From positions 268,770,001-268,834,000 of the forward strand of contig OZ024740.1 of NCBI GenBank assembly GCA_964016885.1: DNA of 64,000 nucleotides, written 5' to 3'. The notes beneath the pieces are model-generated. The model was not told where the DNA came from. It made no database searches and saw only the letters and a program-made list of their open reading frames with translations. Shown piece after piece: positions 52,345 through 64,000 of this stretch. The translations under genes and the position numbers were made by a program. The stretch comes from Eledone cirrhosa (taxonomy: Eukaryota). The first letter of the stretch is position 1; every line of letters starts with the position of its first letter.

Positions 52345-52705
52345 ACAGGAGGCTGGACAGGTGTAATTCCTGAAAGGTTTATTATACTATGCATATTTCA
52401 ATGACCGGGTTCAGTATGAATCCAGTGACATCATCATGTATTCGAAATTTAACAAAGCAATATAATAGACAAAATCCATGGGGCTGAAAAGGCAGAGACA
52501 AGAAGGCAGCCAAACATTTAGCAGTTTCTAGTCCGGTCGGCCTCCTGTTATTTTATAGTAATTAACTCCGTACTCGCACCACCAACAACACAAACGAAGA
52601 CGGGTGAGTTGCATTACGTCGAGTGCTCTCCCTAACATTACATCAAGGTTGACTATAGGGAATGAGCAGTTCTATCCAGTGGTGAACCAACAAACCTAAA
52701 TGAAT
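52345..52705. repeat. Rearranged copy of the 7055-7400 repeat
   Basis: Two halves in opposite orientation relative to the 7 kb copy. Confidence 0.65.
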
Positions 52706-52801
52706 ATATATATATATTATTTGGAAATGTATGTATGGATGCATGTATGTATATAAGATGTATATATATACACATATACATATATATATATAGAGAATTA
52801 T

Positions 52802-53566
52802 ATATTGCCACACTTGGGGAGGGTCCTATTTGCGTAATATTGCCAGAATTAATAACAGAACACACTCACTGTTTGGTTGGTTTTCGCTTCTCGCTGTCTT
52901 TTATTATATCTGCGATCTAACTTACTCGGTCCTCAATGTTGCCATTGACTGACCGGCGGTCAAAAATAATACAGATACAATATAGACACAAACACATATA
53001 TATATATATAGTTTACATAATTTACATAAATCTTTCGTTGCACATCTGCAACATCGTCAGTGGTGTTATATTCATTGTTCCTCCTGTTGTGTTGTATGTC
53101 TACGCCATTTTTTAAAAAATGGCGTAGACATACAACACAACAGGAGGAACAATGAATATAACACCACTGACGATGTTGCAGATGTGCAACGAAAGATTTA
53201 TGTAAATTATGTAAACTATATATATATATATGTTGTATGTCTACGCCATTTTTTAAAAAATGGCGTAGACATACAACACAACAGGAGGAACAATGAATAT
53301 AACACCACTGACGATGTTGCAGATGTGCAACGAAAGATTTATGTAAATTATGTAAACTATATATATATATATGTGTTTGTGTCTATATTGTATCTGTATT
53401 ATTTTTGACCGCCGGTCAGTCAATGGCAACATTGAGGACCGAGTAAGTTAGATCGCAGATATAATAAAAGACAGCGAGAAGCGAAAACCAACCAAACAGT
53501 GAGTGTGTTCTGTTATTAATTCTGGCAATATTACGCAAATATGACCCTCCCCAAGTGTGGCAATAT
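52802..53566. repeat. Large near-perfect palindrome with a 141-bp internal tandem duplication and three HHR-like motifs
   Basis: Spacerless centres at 53113/53114 and 53254/53255; outer arms pair 52802 with 53566; CTGACGA-t gttgca gatg tgcaac-GAAAG-at-TTA at 53167(+), 53308(+) and 53060(-). Confidence 0.9.
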
Positions 53567-56039
53567 CTGTTTCTACACACGATTTCATATAAAAAACCTC
53601 GCAAAACTAAGAGAATTATATAAGTATATATATATATATGTATATGTATATACATATGTATATGTATATGTATATACACACAAATACAACTGTGTTTGCA
53701 CATATATATGAGTAGGCATGTATTTATATAAAATTATGAGCTTGGATATGTTTATAGCCATAACATAAACCAAAAGTCTTTAATCAATAAGAAAGTAAAA
53801 TATATATTCAACATTATCTAGCAATTAATTAGAGATAACAGTCCTGTAATTTAAGTTTCTTAATTTCGTGCTTTGAAATAATAAATAGTTAGTTATATCT
53901 AATTCAGGTTTTATCTACGTACATCACATGTATATATAAATGGCTGACTAAATATGCACGTGTGTTTTTTTTTATATTTTCCCGCATCTTCCTCTTCTCA
54001 CTCTTTATCTTTTATTTCTAATTCTATCTTATGATGAAAGACTTGTGTCCGAAACGTTAATACTCTTTTCGTGTTATTTCAAACGTTAAACTAATATATT
54101 TCTTTAATGTACTGTATCGTTTACTTTGTTATATCTGTTTATTTTTTTACACGCACACACAGATACACACACACATTCACACACACAAACACGCACACAT
54201 ATATATATACGCAGAAAAATCCACGCAAAAGCAGTCGTTAAGAAAAGGAGGAAAAAAGAAGCGTGATAAATCCTATTCGATGGAAAGTTTACTTTAACGA
54301 AGAGTTAGTTAAACATAACAATTGGAAAATAGTCATGAATTCATGTCTTAGAGGTAAAGGGGTTAATGACAGCATGTGTTGTTTGAGAGGTTATGAATCA
54401 CGGAAAGTTATTTTATTATTTATTTACTTATCTTACTTGAAATTATGTGTATTTTACAATTGCTTCCATTACTAATGTATCTTTAAGCGTGATGATGTGT
54501 ATTGTAATTTCTCCTTTTTGTAAATGCATAATGAACCAGTTAGAAATGATTGTACTTGTACCGGCGTTCTTGTTCCCCGGACTACTTCTCTACTCACTAC
54601 TAAGGGGGCAGAATTGACCACCAGCAGGAATGAGCCCCACTAATTTAAATGACTATTCCAATGTTTGCTGGGATTACGAGGCGTCCAGCGCCGGGTGTCT
54701 TGCACGCCAGAGAGCGTTCCTCCATACCCACACCCATACCCGGAGTAGCGATGCTTGAACACAAATTTAGAATTTAAGGCTAAATGAAAATTCAGAATAA
54801 TTAACAGTGTTAATTGATGTTGAAGCAGTTAGAATTGTCAAGTTTACAACTTTTACATTTGCAATTAAATTTGTAAATCAGATTTGTAAATCAGAGTATT
54901 AATAGCTCGTTCGTGTATGAACATGTTTTCGATTTGTTAAGAAAGATATTAGTTTTCTTATTTTTGCAGTATATTATTAATGCCAATTTATGGTTGGGTG
55001 CAACTCGTTATATTTTTGGTTTGCAAATAAATCTGTGAATTACATTGGTTATTAATAGCCTTTTCGTGAATTAACAAGTCTTTCGTTTGTTAACGTTTTT
55101 CGTGTTTTTGCAGTGTATATGCAATTACTTCTATTTTATGGTAATTCAGTATGCTCTGTGTTTTAGGATTTGATTTTAGAACGTGTTAATCTAATCTATT
55201 TATGGCTGCATTTGTGCCAATATTGTTTCAGGGCTTGCTTTATTAATATGTTTGAATATTCGTTGTTTATTAGTGTTTGTTGTATTCTACACATTTCTTA
55301 ATATAGTGTTTGGTTCGTGGATGGAAATTTCTCTCGGAAGTATAACTGATATTTTATATATCTGTGAACATTACATATCTACACGTACACAGAGAATTTT
55401 TTTCGGGGTAGATGGCGAAATATATAATTTACATGTTTATCTGTATGTTTATTACTGGAAATCGATATCGCTAAGAGATTTATTAAACGTTCTATATATT
55501 CAATGTATATACACTGTAGTTATCTTTCTTTCGTATTTGGATATCGATCTTTGGTATTTGGATATGTGTCCATTGCAACGAGAATATCATCTATATGATC
55601 ATTCTCATCATCTTCAGTTTTAGGTCCATCATCACAGCTTCATGTGATGTTAGGAGACAGAAAGTACTCTTGGACAGGATATTAGTCTGGTGCCGTGTTA
55701 ATGCCAATTGTTACTGGTAGCTATCTTAGTTAAGTGGAGCAATGGTTACTCATTTGATTTGCTTATAAATATACCTTGGGTACAACGAAAGATAATCCTG
55801 TTGTGTAGGACGAATAATGTCTTCAGTACATTAGCTTATATAAAGTCGGCCAACTCTGGTTCCCCGAAGTTCAGGCTTGGAGCATAGCAACTGATTAGAC
55901 TTAAACGAATAGCGTCAGCAAGTTTAAGTTTCTATATCATGAATCGATAATTTATTACCTGTGGTAAAGATGTTAATATATTTTTTCTTTTAGTTCTAAT
56001 AGCATGGTGTTACTTAACTCGACTAAAGCTGATCCTCGA

Positions 56040-56545
56040 CTTGCACTTCATAGGTTTGTTGCCGAGTTTGTTGCATGACTGGAATGAAAACCAGTTCTGT
56101 GAAAACTGAGACACAGGTTTTCTCAAGGAAGCCTGCGCAGTGCAGTTTACATTTGAACGGAGTTTCACTGAAGCGGCTGGTGAAGATCAAGTACCTCGTG
56201 AGCGTTTTCACCAGTGATGAAAGATAGGAGGCTGAATTAAGTGCAATAATTGCGCCAGCTTCAGCATCCGCTAATCAGAAGAAGGGAGGTAAGTGTAAAA
56301 GCCAAGCTAGCTATCTTCAATTCGGTATTCGTCCCAACCCTTACCTATGGACATGAACCTTGGGTAATGACCGAAATAATACGATCGCGAATACAAGCGG
56401 CCAAATGGGGTTTTGGGAGATTGCGTAGCTCGGAGTTCAGAAATTCACTCCTGGTATAGCCGCTACTTCTCCAAATTGATAGATCAGAGCTCTGAAACTA
56501 TGGGCATGTGGGAAGAAGAAGAAGAAGAAGAAGAAGAAGAAGAAG

Positions 56546-56575
<30 letters not shown>
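56040..56575 (+). mobile_element. Degenerate RTE-clade LINE 3' fragment followed by (GAA)n
   Basis: LHLNGVSL..KYL..FTSD, SVKAKLAIFNSVFVPTLTYGHEPWVMT..RSRIQAA, similar to the C-terminus of the RTE ORF at 59814. Confidence 0.7.
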
Positions 56576-56576
<1 letters not shown>

Positions 56577-57059
56577 TATAATAGCAAAGCCAACACCCGG
56601 GGACCGAATTGCAGCGCATGGGTGTTTTCTCAATTCTTTATGGAGATAGTCGTAATATTTTTCTTATCTGTGAATAACTTCTTCGTTTATTCACACCAGT
56701 ATTGGAGTCTACGAATATAATTTAGTAAAAGGGAAACAAAACAAATTTTGAGAAATGTCGGATAAAGTCACAAAAGCAATTAATTAACCATCCAAGGTAA
56801 GCTCTTCTCTCATTTATCTCCATTTCTCTTTTGAATAGATATATTTAAACAAAATTACAGCGCTTTGCTTTCAACGGCCAGGCAATTATTCGCGGTAACT
56901 TTAATTATTTTCAAATGAATACTATAACGCAACTTGCTGGTTAACTCAAGGTAAACTACTAAATATCTCCTTAAATCAATATATATTTTTTTTCAATCAT
57001 AATAAATATGAATAGTGTCATAAAAGTGTATGTAATACTGACTAAATGATTCATTCTAG

Positions 57060-57232
57060 CATTGGGACGTGGTCAGAAATTTCGAGGAAGGGAAAAATAG
57101 ATTATATCGGTCCCAGTATTTAACTGGTACGATCTCGTGAATGGATGAAAGGCAAAATTGATCTCAGAACGTAGAACGTCGTAACTAAATACTGTAAAAC
57201 AATTGATCCGCCGCTCTATCGATACTGCCAAT
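57060..57232 (-). mobile_element. Old degenerate SINE
   Basis: ggatgaaaggcaaa..ctcagaacg..gtaact..gatactgccaat. Confidence 0.55.
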
Positions 57233-57384
57233 ACCCCAACCTCATACTGACTAAATTATGCAAATTATTTTCATTATAATTATCATATTTCTTTTGAACA
57301 GTTAATGTAAATGGCATTACAAATTTTTGAATTCATAACCTGGCTCCGTTAGTGATTTTGATATTTACCAGTAAATTTTTAAAT

Positions 57385-57430
<46 letters not shown>

Positions 57431-57450
57431 TTTATTAAAATAACAGATTA

Positions 57451-57503
57451 AAGTTTAAGCAAAGAATCGCTGCTTTCACCCTTAACGGGATCTTCTGAAA
57501 CTT
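57451..57503 (-). ncRNA. Hammerhead ribozyme, U4A core variant
   Basis: Minus strand: aagttt-CAGAAGA-t ccc gttaa ggg t-GAAAGCA gcgattctt TGCTT-aaactt; perfect 6-bp stem I, AGCA/TGCT stem III. Confidence 0.6.
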
Positions 57504-57589
57504 GATATATATTTATCCTTATCGAGCCCTCTTTGGATTTTAGTCTTCAAATTTATTATTATTACTATATATATATACCTTAAAAAACT

Positions 57590-58028
57590 AATTACCAAGG
57601 CAAAATTTACGACCAACATGGAATCAATGCAAGTAACGAAATGCGGGGACCCTAGATGTGGAACCTGTGAACTCATCGAAGAGGGCAAACAGTTGTCCTT
57701 CAAAAACCATGATAATTTCAAGGTCAATGCTAACATGAACTGCAAAACGAAAAACCTAATATATTGCGCAACATGTCCACAGTGTAAAGAGTATTACATT
57801 GGGGAAACCGGAATGGGATTACATGATAGAGTCCGGGTACATAAACAACAAATTAAAGACCCCACAGTCAGAAATACCACATGTAGCGCACACTTTGCAT
57901 CATGCGGGAAGGGAAAATTCACAATCTTCCCTTTCTTCAAGATATGGTCGGATAACGAACATTTCCGCAGATATAAAGAAGAATTCTTCATTGAAAAATT
58001 TAAACCACTACTGAACACGAAAAAATGA
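57590..58028 (+). mobile_element. PLE 3' fragment with Cys-rich GIY-YIG endonuclease (different lineage from the other PLEs here)
   Basis: KCGDPRCGTC..CKTKNLIYCATCPQCKEYYIGETG..RVRVH..CSAHF..E..FI..KPLLN. Confidence 0.85.
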
Positions 58029-58180
58029 ATTAACACACGGAGGTAAAATTCCATTTCACTACCCCCACCCCTCTTCTTATGTATACACATGAATATCTGA
58101 GTAAACGGTGAGACACACACATATATGTGTGTGGGGATGTATGGATGTATGTACGTGTGGGTATATATGTATGTGGGTGT

Positions 58181-58226
<46 letters not shown>

Positions 58227-58249
58227 GTATGGATGTGTGTATGTTTGTA

Positions 58250-58305
<56 letters not shown>

Positions 58306-58462
58306 ACCACGTGTTGCTACACACACACAAGAGGAAAGAGAAAATTTAAAATTTATGAGACCAATAGAGATATGTACATTTATATATTTATATCTAGATA
58401 TTGCTATCATCATTTACAGTCCCTCTGTGTTTAATGTATGTTCATTAGTATATGTGTTGTTA

Positions 58463-58763
58463 TTTCTGCTTGCATTTTGCATATATACATATATATATCT
58501 ATATATATGCTTGCGTGGACCCCTCTCAAAATTCGTTGGATTTTCTAATTGGATACCCCAACACTGGATACCAACACTGAATACACCTGAACTTCTACCA
58601 GGAAATCTTTCGTTGTCATTTCTGCTTGCATTTTACATATATAGATATATATATCAATGGTTGCGTGGACCCCTCTTAAAGATTCGTTGGATTTTCTAAT
58701 TGGATACCCCGAAACTGGATACCAATCACTGAATACACCTGAACTTCTACCAGGAAATCTTTC
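58463..58763 (+). repeat. Two tandem ~155-bp repeats downstream of the PLE
   Basis: tttctgcttgcatttt..ttgcgtggacccctct..ccaggaaatctttc occurs twice. Confidence 0.8.
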
Positions 58764-59635
58764 ATATCAGTGAAAATTTTCTTTTCTTTGCTTCATATAT
58801 ATTATATATACTTGGCCGCCATTGCAAAAGGCCATAAATTCAAAATTTTGAAGAGAGAGGAAAAGAGAGAAGTGATCTATGAACTTGTAACATCTCACTG
58901 ACCCCCCCCGTCACCACAATAACAATAACGCCTACACTCGCTCCCCACCATCACCACATTACTCTAAGGTCGCTGTCCTGTCCCCTGTTGACATACTGCT
59001 GACTATCTTTTGATGTATGTATGTGTATATACATATGTGTATGTGTGTGTATATGTGTATATCTCTGTGGATGCGACCAGATTTCAACACAGCAACAACT
59101 ACAACAACAACAGCAGCAACACCAACAACAACAACAACAGCAACAACACCATCGTCTGTGTTGAATGTGTGTGTATGTATTTGTATATATGCGACAGCAA
59201 TAACAGCATCAACACCATTGTCTGCAGCAACAGCAGCAGTGAAATGAAGGACAACAACAACAGTAACAACTACAGCACCAACAACTGTCACCACCATCAC
59301 TGACCATCCACCACCACCACGCTGATACCATCCACCACCACCACACTGACACCATCCACCACCGCCATTACCAGCGTAAACAAACAATTATTATTGTTAT
59401 TGTTATTATATACAAGCCGAACTGGACTGGGAAAGGTCAACAGTTGACATGATAGTGATTTTGACGATTTTGACTTTGATTTTGATTTTGTATCAGAACT
59501 CTCGGTAATATATGTATATATATATATGTGTTTGTGAGTTGTGTGTGTGATTGTATGCATGAATGAGTGTTGGTATGTGTGGTTGTGGTTTGTATGCATG
59601 AGTATTGGTGTGTTTGTGAGTGCGTCGTGTCAATA

Positions 59636-59666
<31 letters not shown>

Positions 59667-59670
<4 letters not shown>

Positions 59671-62600
59671 GACCATGCTGTAAAATGGAGGGGTAGAGAG
59701 GGCCCTTGAGTCTAGTAAGACATCCTCTCTAGTGCTGGTGGCACAAATAAAAGCACCCAGTCCATGCTGTAAAGTGGCGCTGGTGTTAGGAAGGGCATCC
59801 AACCAGTGTATCAATGCCAAAAAGCTTATCAGCACAGCAACAAAACAGCATAGAAAAAAATATGAAGACGTCGCATCTCAGAGTTGCAACACTTAATGTT
59901 GGCACTCTCAGAGGTAGATCTGCTGAAATAGCGGAGATGCTGGAGAGAAGGCAGGTGGATGTGTGCTGCGTGCAAGAGGTGAGATGGAGGGGTGCCTCTG
60001 CGAGACTAGTCGTAGGCAAGCGTCTTAGCTATAAGCTATTCTGGGTAGGTAAGGATGATGGGTTAGGGGGAGTAGGCATTTTCCTGGCTGAGAAATGGAT
60101 CAATAAGACAATAGAGGTAGTTCGAGTTAGTAATCGAATAATTAAGCTTAGATTAGTTGTAGGTAGGAGACTACTGACAATCATCTCGGTCTATGCTCCC
60201 CAAGCAGGCCTAGGCAAAGATGAGAAAGACTGCTTTTATGAGCAACTTTTGCAAACAACCACAATGACAGAGGACGGAGACATCGTTATGCTAGCAGGAG
60301 ACTTCAATGGTCATGTTGGACAGCTCCAGGATGGTTACACTGGGGTACATGGTGGGCATGGTTACGGTTCAAGAAATGAAGAAGGAGTGAGACTTCTTGA
60401 ATTTTGTGATGCAAGTACATTGACTATTTGCAACACAAACTTCCAGAAACCTGCCAATCACCTAATAACCTACAAATCTGGTGAGCACATAAGCCAGATT
60501 GACTTCCTGCTAGTTAGGCAGCGGGACAGGCAGATAGTGTCTAATACCAAGGCATACCCTGGGGAAGAATGTACCCCACAGCATAGGTTAGTTGTTAGTG
60601 ATATCTCAGTAAGCAAGAGATGGAATGAGCCATATAGGAAGGTGTGGAGAAGAAAGGTCTGGAAACTAAAAGACCTTTCACTAAAATTCAAATTTAGGAA
60701 AGCCCTTCAAGATGTATATGACGAAAAAGAAGACGATTTAGAGACGTATGACATAGATAATAACTGGAAGTTCTTACGTGACAACTTGCTGAAGGCTACT
60801 GATGAAACTTGTGGCTGGAGCAGAGCCCCAACCAGACAGAGAGTGACCTGGTGGTGGAACAGCAGTGTAGATAAGGCTATTAGAGACAAAAGACTAGCAT
60901 GGAAGGCTTGGAATAAGGGTGGGAGTAGGGAAGAATATACAGCCACTAAGAGAGAAGCTAGACGTCAGGTGTACTTAGCACGCAGGGAGGCAGAGAGTAG
61001 GAGGTTTGCCAATGTTCTGCGACGGGAAGATCAGAGGCGTGCGGTGTTCCACATTGCAAGGCAGTGTGTCAATGCAAATCAGGATGTTGTTGGTGATAAA
61101 TGTGTCCGGGATGATGCCGGTGTACTTAGTGTCACGAATGACCAGAAAAAGGAGGCCTGGAAATGCCATTATGAGAGACTGATGAATGTGGAGAACGAAT
61201 GGGAGAGAGAGAAATTACCCTTGGTAGATCCGACAGAGGGACCAGCTATTGAGATTGACGAATATAGGGTCCAAGAGGCGATTAGGGAAATGAAAAATGG
61301 TAAGGCGGCCGGACCATCGGGAATAGTTGCTGAGATGCTGAAGGCATCAGGGGACGTAGGCACTAAACTGGTTGCACGCATAATCAATCAGGCTATATAT
61401 GGTGGTGTCATACCCAAAGACTGGTGCAGCAGTATTCTCATAAATTGCTACAAAGGTAAAGGGGATGCTTTGGAGAGGAGCAATTATAGGGGTATAAAAC
61501 TGATAGATCAGGTTATGAAAGTGGCAGAAAGGATTTTAGCACAACTAATTAGAGAAAGGGTCAAACTAGATGAGATGCAGTTTGGTTTTGTGCCTGGGAA
61601 GAGTACAACAGATGCCCTCTTCTTGGTGAGACAAATGCAAGAGAGGTTCTTAGAGAAGAATAAGCCACTATACTTGGCCTTTGTTGACCTAGAGAAGGCC
61701 TTTGATAGGGTACCCCGATCTGTCATCTGGTGGTCCCTAAGGAAGCTGGGTGTTGAGGAATGGCTTGTAAGGACAGTGCAAACTTTGTACAGAGGTACTC
61801 TCAGTAAAGTCAGGGTAGGAATGGAGTTTAGTGAGGAATTCCAGATACAAGTAGGAGTACATCAGGGTTCGGTCCTCAGCCCGCTCTTGTTCATTATAGT
61901 CCTCCAAGCCATAACAGAGGAGTTTAAGACTGGCTGTCCATGGGAACTTCTCTATGCTGACGATCTGGCTCTTATGGCAGAATCAGTAGAGGAGCTAGAG
62001 AATAAATTCCGGCTATGGAAACAGCAGTTGGAAGCAAGAGGACTGAGAGTAAATCTAGCTAAGACAAAAGTGTTGATGAGTAGAAAAGAGGACAAAACCC
62101 TGATTCCGTCAGGGAAATGGCCATGTTCGATATGCAGAAAAGGAACTGGCATAAATTCTATAAAATGCACACAATGTAGGTCCTGGGTACACAAGAGATG
62201 TAGCGGGATAGCAGGCAAACTAACAGGTAGGGAGAAATATGTATGCAGTAGATGTACAGGGAAATTAGACAGTAGAAGTCGCACTGATAGACACATTTTT
62301 CAAATGCGAGAGGGCGCTATAGAAGTGGTGGATAGCTTCCGGTACCTAGGAGATCAGATTAGCATGGGAGGAGGGTGTTCCGAGGCCATAGTATCTAGAA
62401 TAAGGACGGGTTGGAAGAAGTTTAGGGAGCTGCTTCCTCTGTTGACGAAGAAGGGTTTCTCCCTGCGTACGAAAGGCCGGTTGTATGATGCCTGTGTGAG
62501 GAGCGCGATGCTGCATGGTAGTGAGACATGGGCAGCTACCGCAGAAGATATGCGACGGCTGGAGAGAAATGAGGCAAGCATGCTCCGTTGGATGTGCAGT

Positions 62601-62960
62601 GTAAATGTGCGTGAACGACCCAGCATAAATGTGTTGAGAGAGAAACTGTGTCTGAGAGGGATAGAATGTAGTGTACGGGAGAGGAGACTGAGGTGGTATG
62701 GACATGTGATGCGCATGGAGGATGACCGATGGGTGAAGAAGTGCCAGGAAATGCCAGTTGAAGGAAGACGTAGTAGAGGTAGACCACGAAAAACATGGGC
62801 GGAGGTGGTGAGAACAGACCTCAGATCATTGAAGCTCACGGTGGAGATGACAAGGGACCGTGACGAGTGGAGAGATGCTGTGCTGAATAAGACCCGTCCC
62901 ACCCTTGCAAGCAGGGAAAAGCGGACGTAAAATGATGATGATGATGATGATGATGATGAT
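59667..62960 (+). mobile_element. Full-length RTE-clade LINE with (ATG)n tail
   Basis: Structured 5' leader, single uninterrupted ORF, and (ATG)n immediately after the stop codon. Confidence 0.92.
59814..62930 (+). CDS. RTE LINE ORF: AP endonuclease + reverse transcriptase + internal PHD-like zinc finger
   Basis: [37 protein letters not shown] (APE); [40 protein letters not shown] (RT); [23 protein letters not shown] (RTE tail). Confidence 0.95.
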   Translation: MPKSLSAQQQNSIEKNMKTSHLRVATLNVGTLRGRSAEIAEMLERRQVDVCCVQEVRWRGASARLVVGKRLSYKLFWVGKDDGLGGVGIFLAEKWINKTIEVVRVSNRIIKLRLVVGRRLLTIISVYAPQAGLGKDEKDCFYEQLLQTTTMTEDGDIVMLAGDFNGHVGQLQDGYTGVHGGHGYGSRNEEGVRLLEFCDASTLTICNTNFQKPANHLITYKSGEHISQIDFLLVRQRDRQIVSNTKAYPGEECTPQHRLVVSDISVSKRWNEPYRKVWRRKVWKLKDLSLKFKFRKALQDVYDEKEDDLETYDIDNNWKFLRDNLLKATDETCGWSRAPTRQRVTWWWNSSVDKAIRDKRLAWKAWNKGGSREEYTATKREARRQVYLARREAESRRFANVLRREDQRRAVFHIARQCVNANQDVVGDKCVRDDAGVLSVTNDQKKEAWKCHYERLMNVENEWEREKLPLVDPTEGPAIEIDEYRVQEAIREMKNGKAAGPSGIVAEMLKASGDVGTKLVARIINQAIYGGVIPKDWCSSILINCYKGKGDALERSNYRGIKLIDQVMKVAERILAQLIRERVKLDEMQFGFVPGKSTTDALFLVRQMQERFLEKNKPLYLAFVDLEKAFDRVPRSVIWWSLRKLGVEEWLVRTVQTLYRGTLSKVRVGMEFSEEFQIQVGVHQGSVLSPLLFIIVLQAITEEFKTGCPWELLYADDLALMAESVEELENKFRLWKQQLEARGLRVNLAKTKVLMSRKEDKTLIPSGKWPCSICRKGTGINSIKCTQCRSWVHKRCSGIAGKLTGREKYVCSRCTGKLDSRSRTDRHIFQMREGAIEVVDSFRYLGDQISMGGGCSEAIVSRIRTGWKKFRELLPLLTKKGFSLRTKGRLYDACVRSAMLHGSETWAATAEDMRRLERNEASMLRWMCSVNVRERPSINVLREKLCLRGIECSVRERRLRWYGHVMRMEDDRWVKKCQEMPVEGRRSRGRPRKTWAEVVRTDLRSLKLTVEMTRDRDEWRDAVLNKTRPTLASREKRT

Positions 62961-63021
62961 GTATGTGTGTATGTGTGTATATGTGTGTATATGTACATGT
63001 ATGTATGTGTATGTGTGTATA

Positions 63022-63088
<67 letters not shown>

Positions 63089-63401
63089 ATAGATATGTAT
63101 GTTTATGTGTGTGTGTATGTATGTGTATGTACCTATATGTATGTGTGTGTGTGTGTATGTATGTGCATATATGTATATATGTGTGTACATATGTGTATGT
63201 TTCTGTTTGTGTATATGTATGTATGTATGTAGATGTATGTGTATATATATGTGTGTATATATATGTATATATATGTATATATATGTGTATGTGTTTATGC
63301 GTCTTTATGTGCTCGTGTGGACGCACATATATATATGTATATATGTATGCGTGTATGTATGTGTATGTATGTGTATATATATGTACATATATATGTATGT
63401 A

Positions 63402-63487
<86 letters not shown>

Positions 63488-63549
63488 CATGTATGTGTAT
63501 GTATGTATGTGTGTATGTATGTACTTGTATGTGTATGTGTATGTGTATG

Positions 63550-63655
<106 letters not shown>

Positions 63656-63737
63656 CGTTATTCCGGGTTGAATCGGAGGTAACCACAGTAAGTAAGGTAC
63701 TCAATACATAGCAGAGTATAACAGTTTTAATATAGAT

Positions 63738-63790
63738 GAGATTCTACAGGACTAGAACTGTTTCATTCATTAGAAATCATCAGGAATCTC
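63738..63790 (-). ncRNA. Type I hammerhead ribozyme (intact core)
   Basis: Minus strand: gagattc-CTGATGA-t ttc taat gaa t-GAAAC-ag ttctagtc ct-GTA-gaatctc; perfect 7-bp stem I, ACAG/CTGT stem III. Confidence 0.85.
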
Positions 63791-63913
63791 ATATATATAT
63801 ATATGTGTGTGTATATGTATGTGTGTATATGTATGTATATGGATATATATGTATGTGTATGTGTATGTGTATATGTGTGTATGTGTCTGTGTGTGTTTAT
63901 GTGTGCATATATG

Positions 63914-63964
<51 letters not shown>

Positions 63965-64000
63965 AAGAATTCATATCTAGTAACATATATATACATGCAG

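Noticed and set aside
60470-63190. Antisense ORFs over the RTE element
   Set aside because: Shadow frames of the sense ORF with no motifs.

Overview
AT-rich, microsatellite-saturated eukaryotic DNA with no recognisable host protein-coding gene. The SINE/LINE repertoire suggests an octopod cephalopod (inference). Contents: (1) at least five Penelope-like element (PLE; RT plus GIY-YIG) remnants; (2) about 15 intact or near-intact type I hammerhead ribozyme (HHR) motifs read by eye, most lying just upstream of a (TA)n tract, and a microsatellite-filled ~1.24 kb unit bracketed by two HHRs; (3) a stack of five same-orientation R4/Dong-like RLE LINEs in (TAA)n tracts, nested inside the poly-Asn linker of a PLE; (4) one uninterrupted RTE LINE ORF (APE plus RT with an internal PHD-like finger); (5) a 9.8 kb 32-bp satellite that keeps exact phase, next to a compound TG repeat; (6) about 12 tRNA-derived SINE copies, several MITEs and several fold-back palindromes. 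Most ORFs in the supplied track are microsatellite artefacts. All RNA structures were paired by eye and need folding and cleavage tests.
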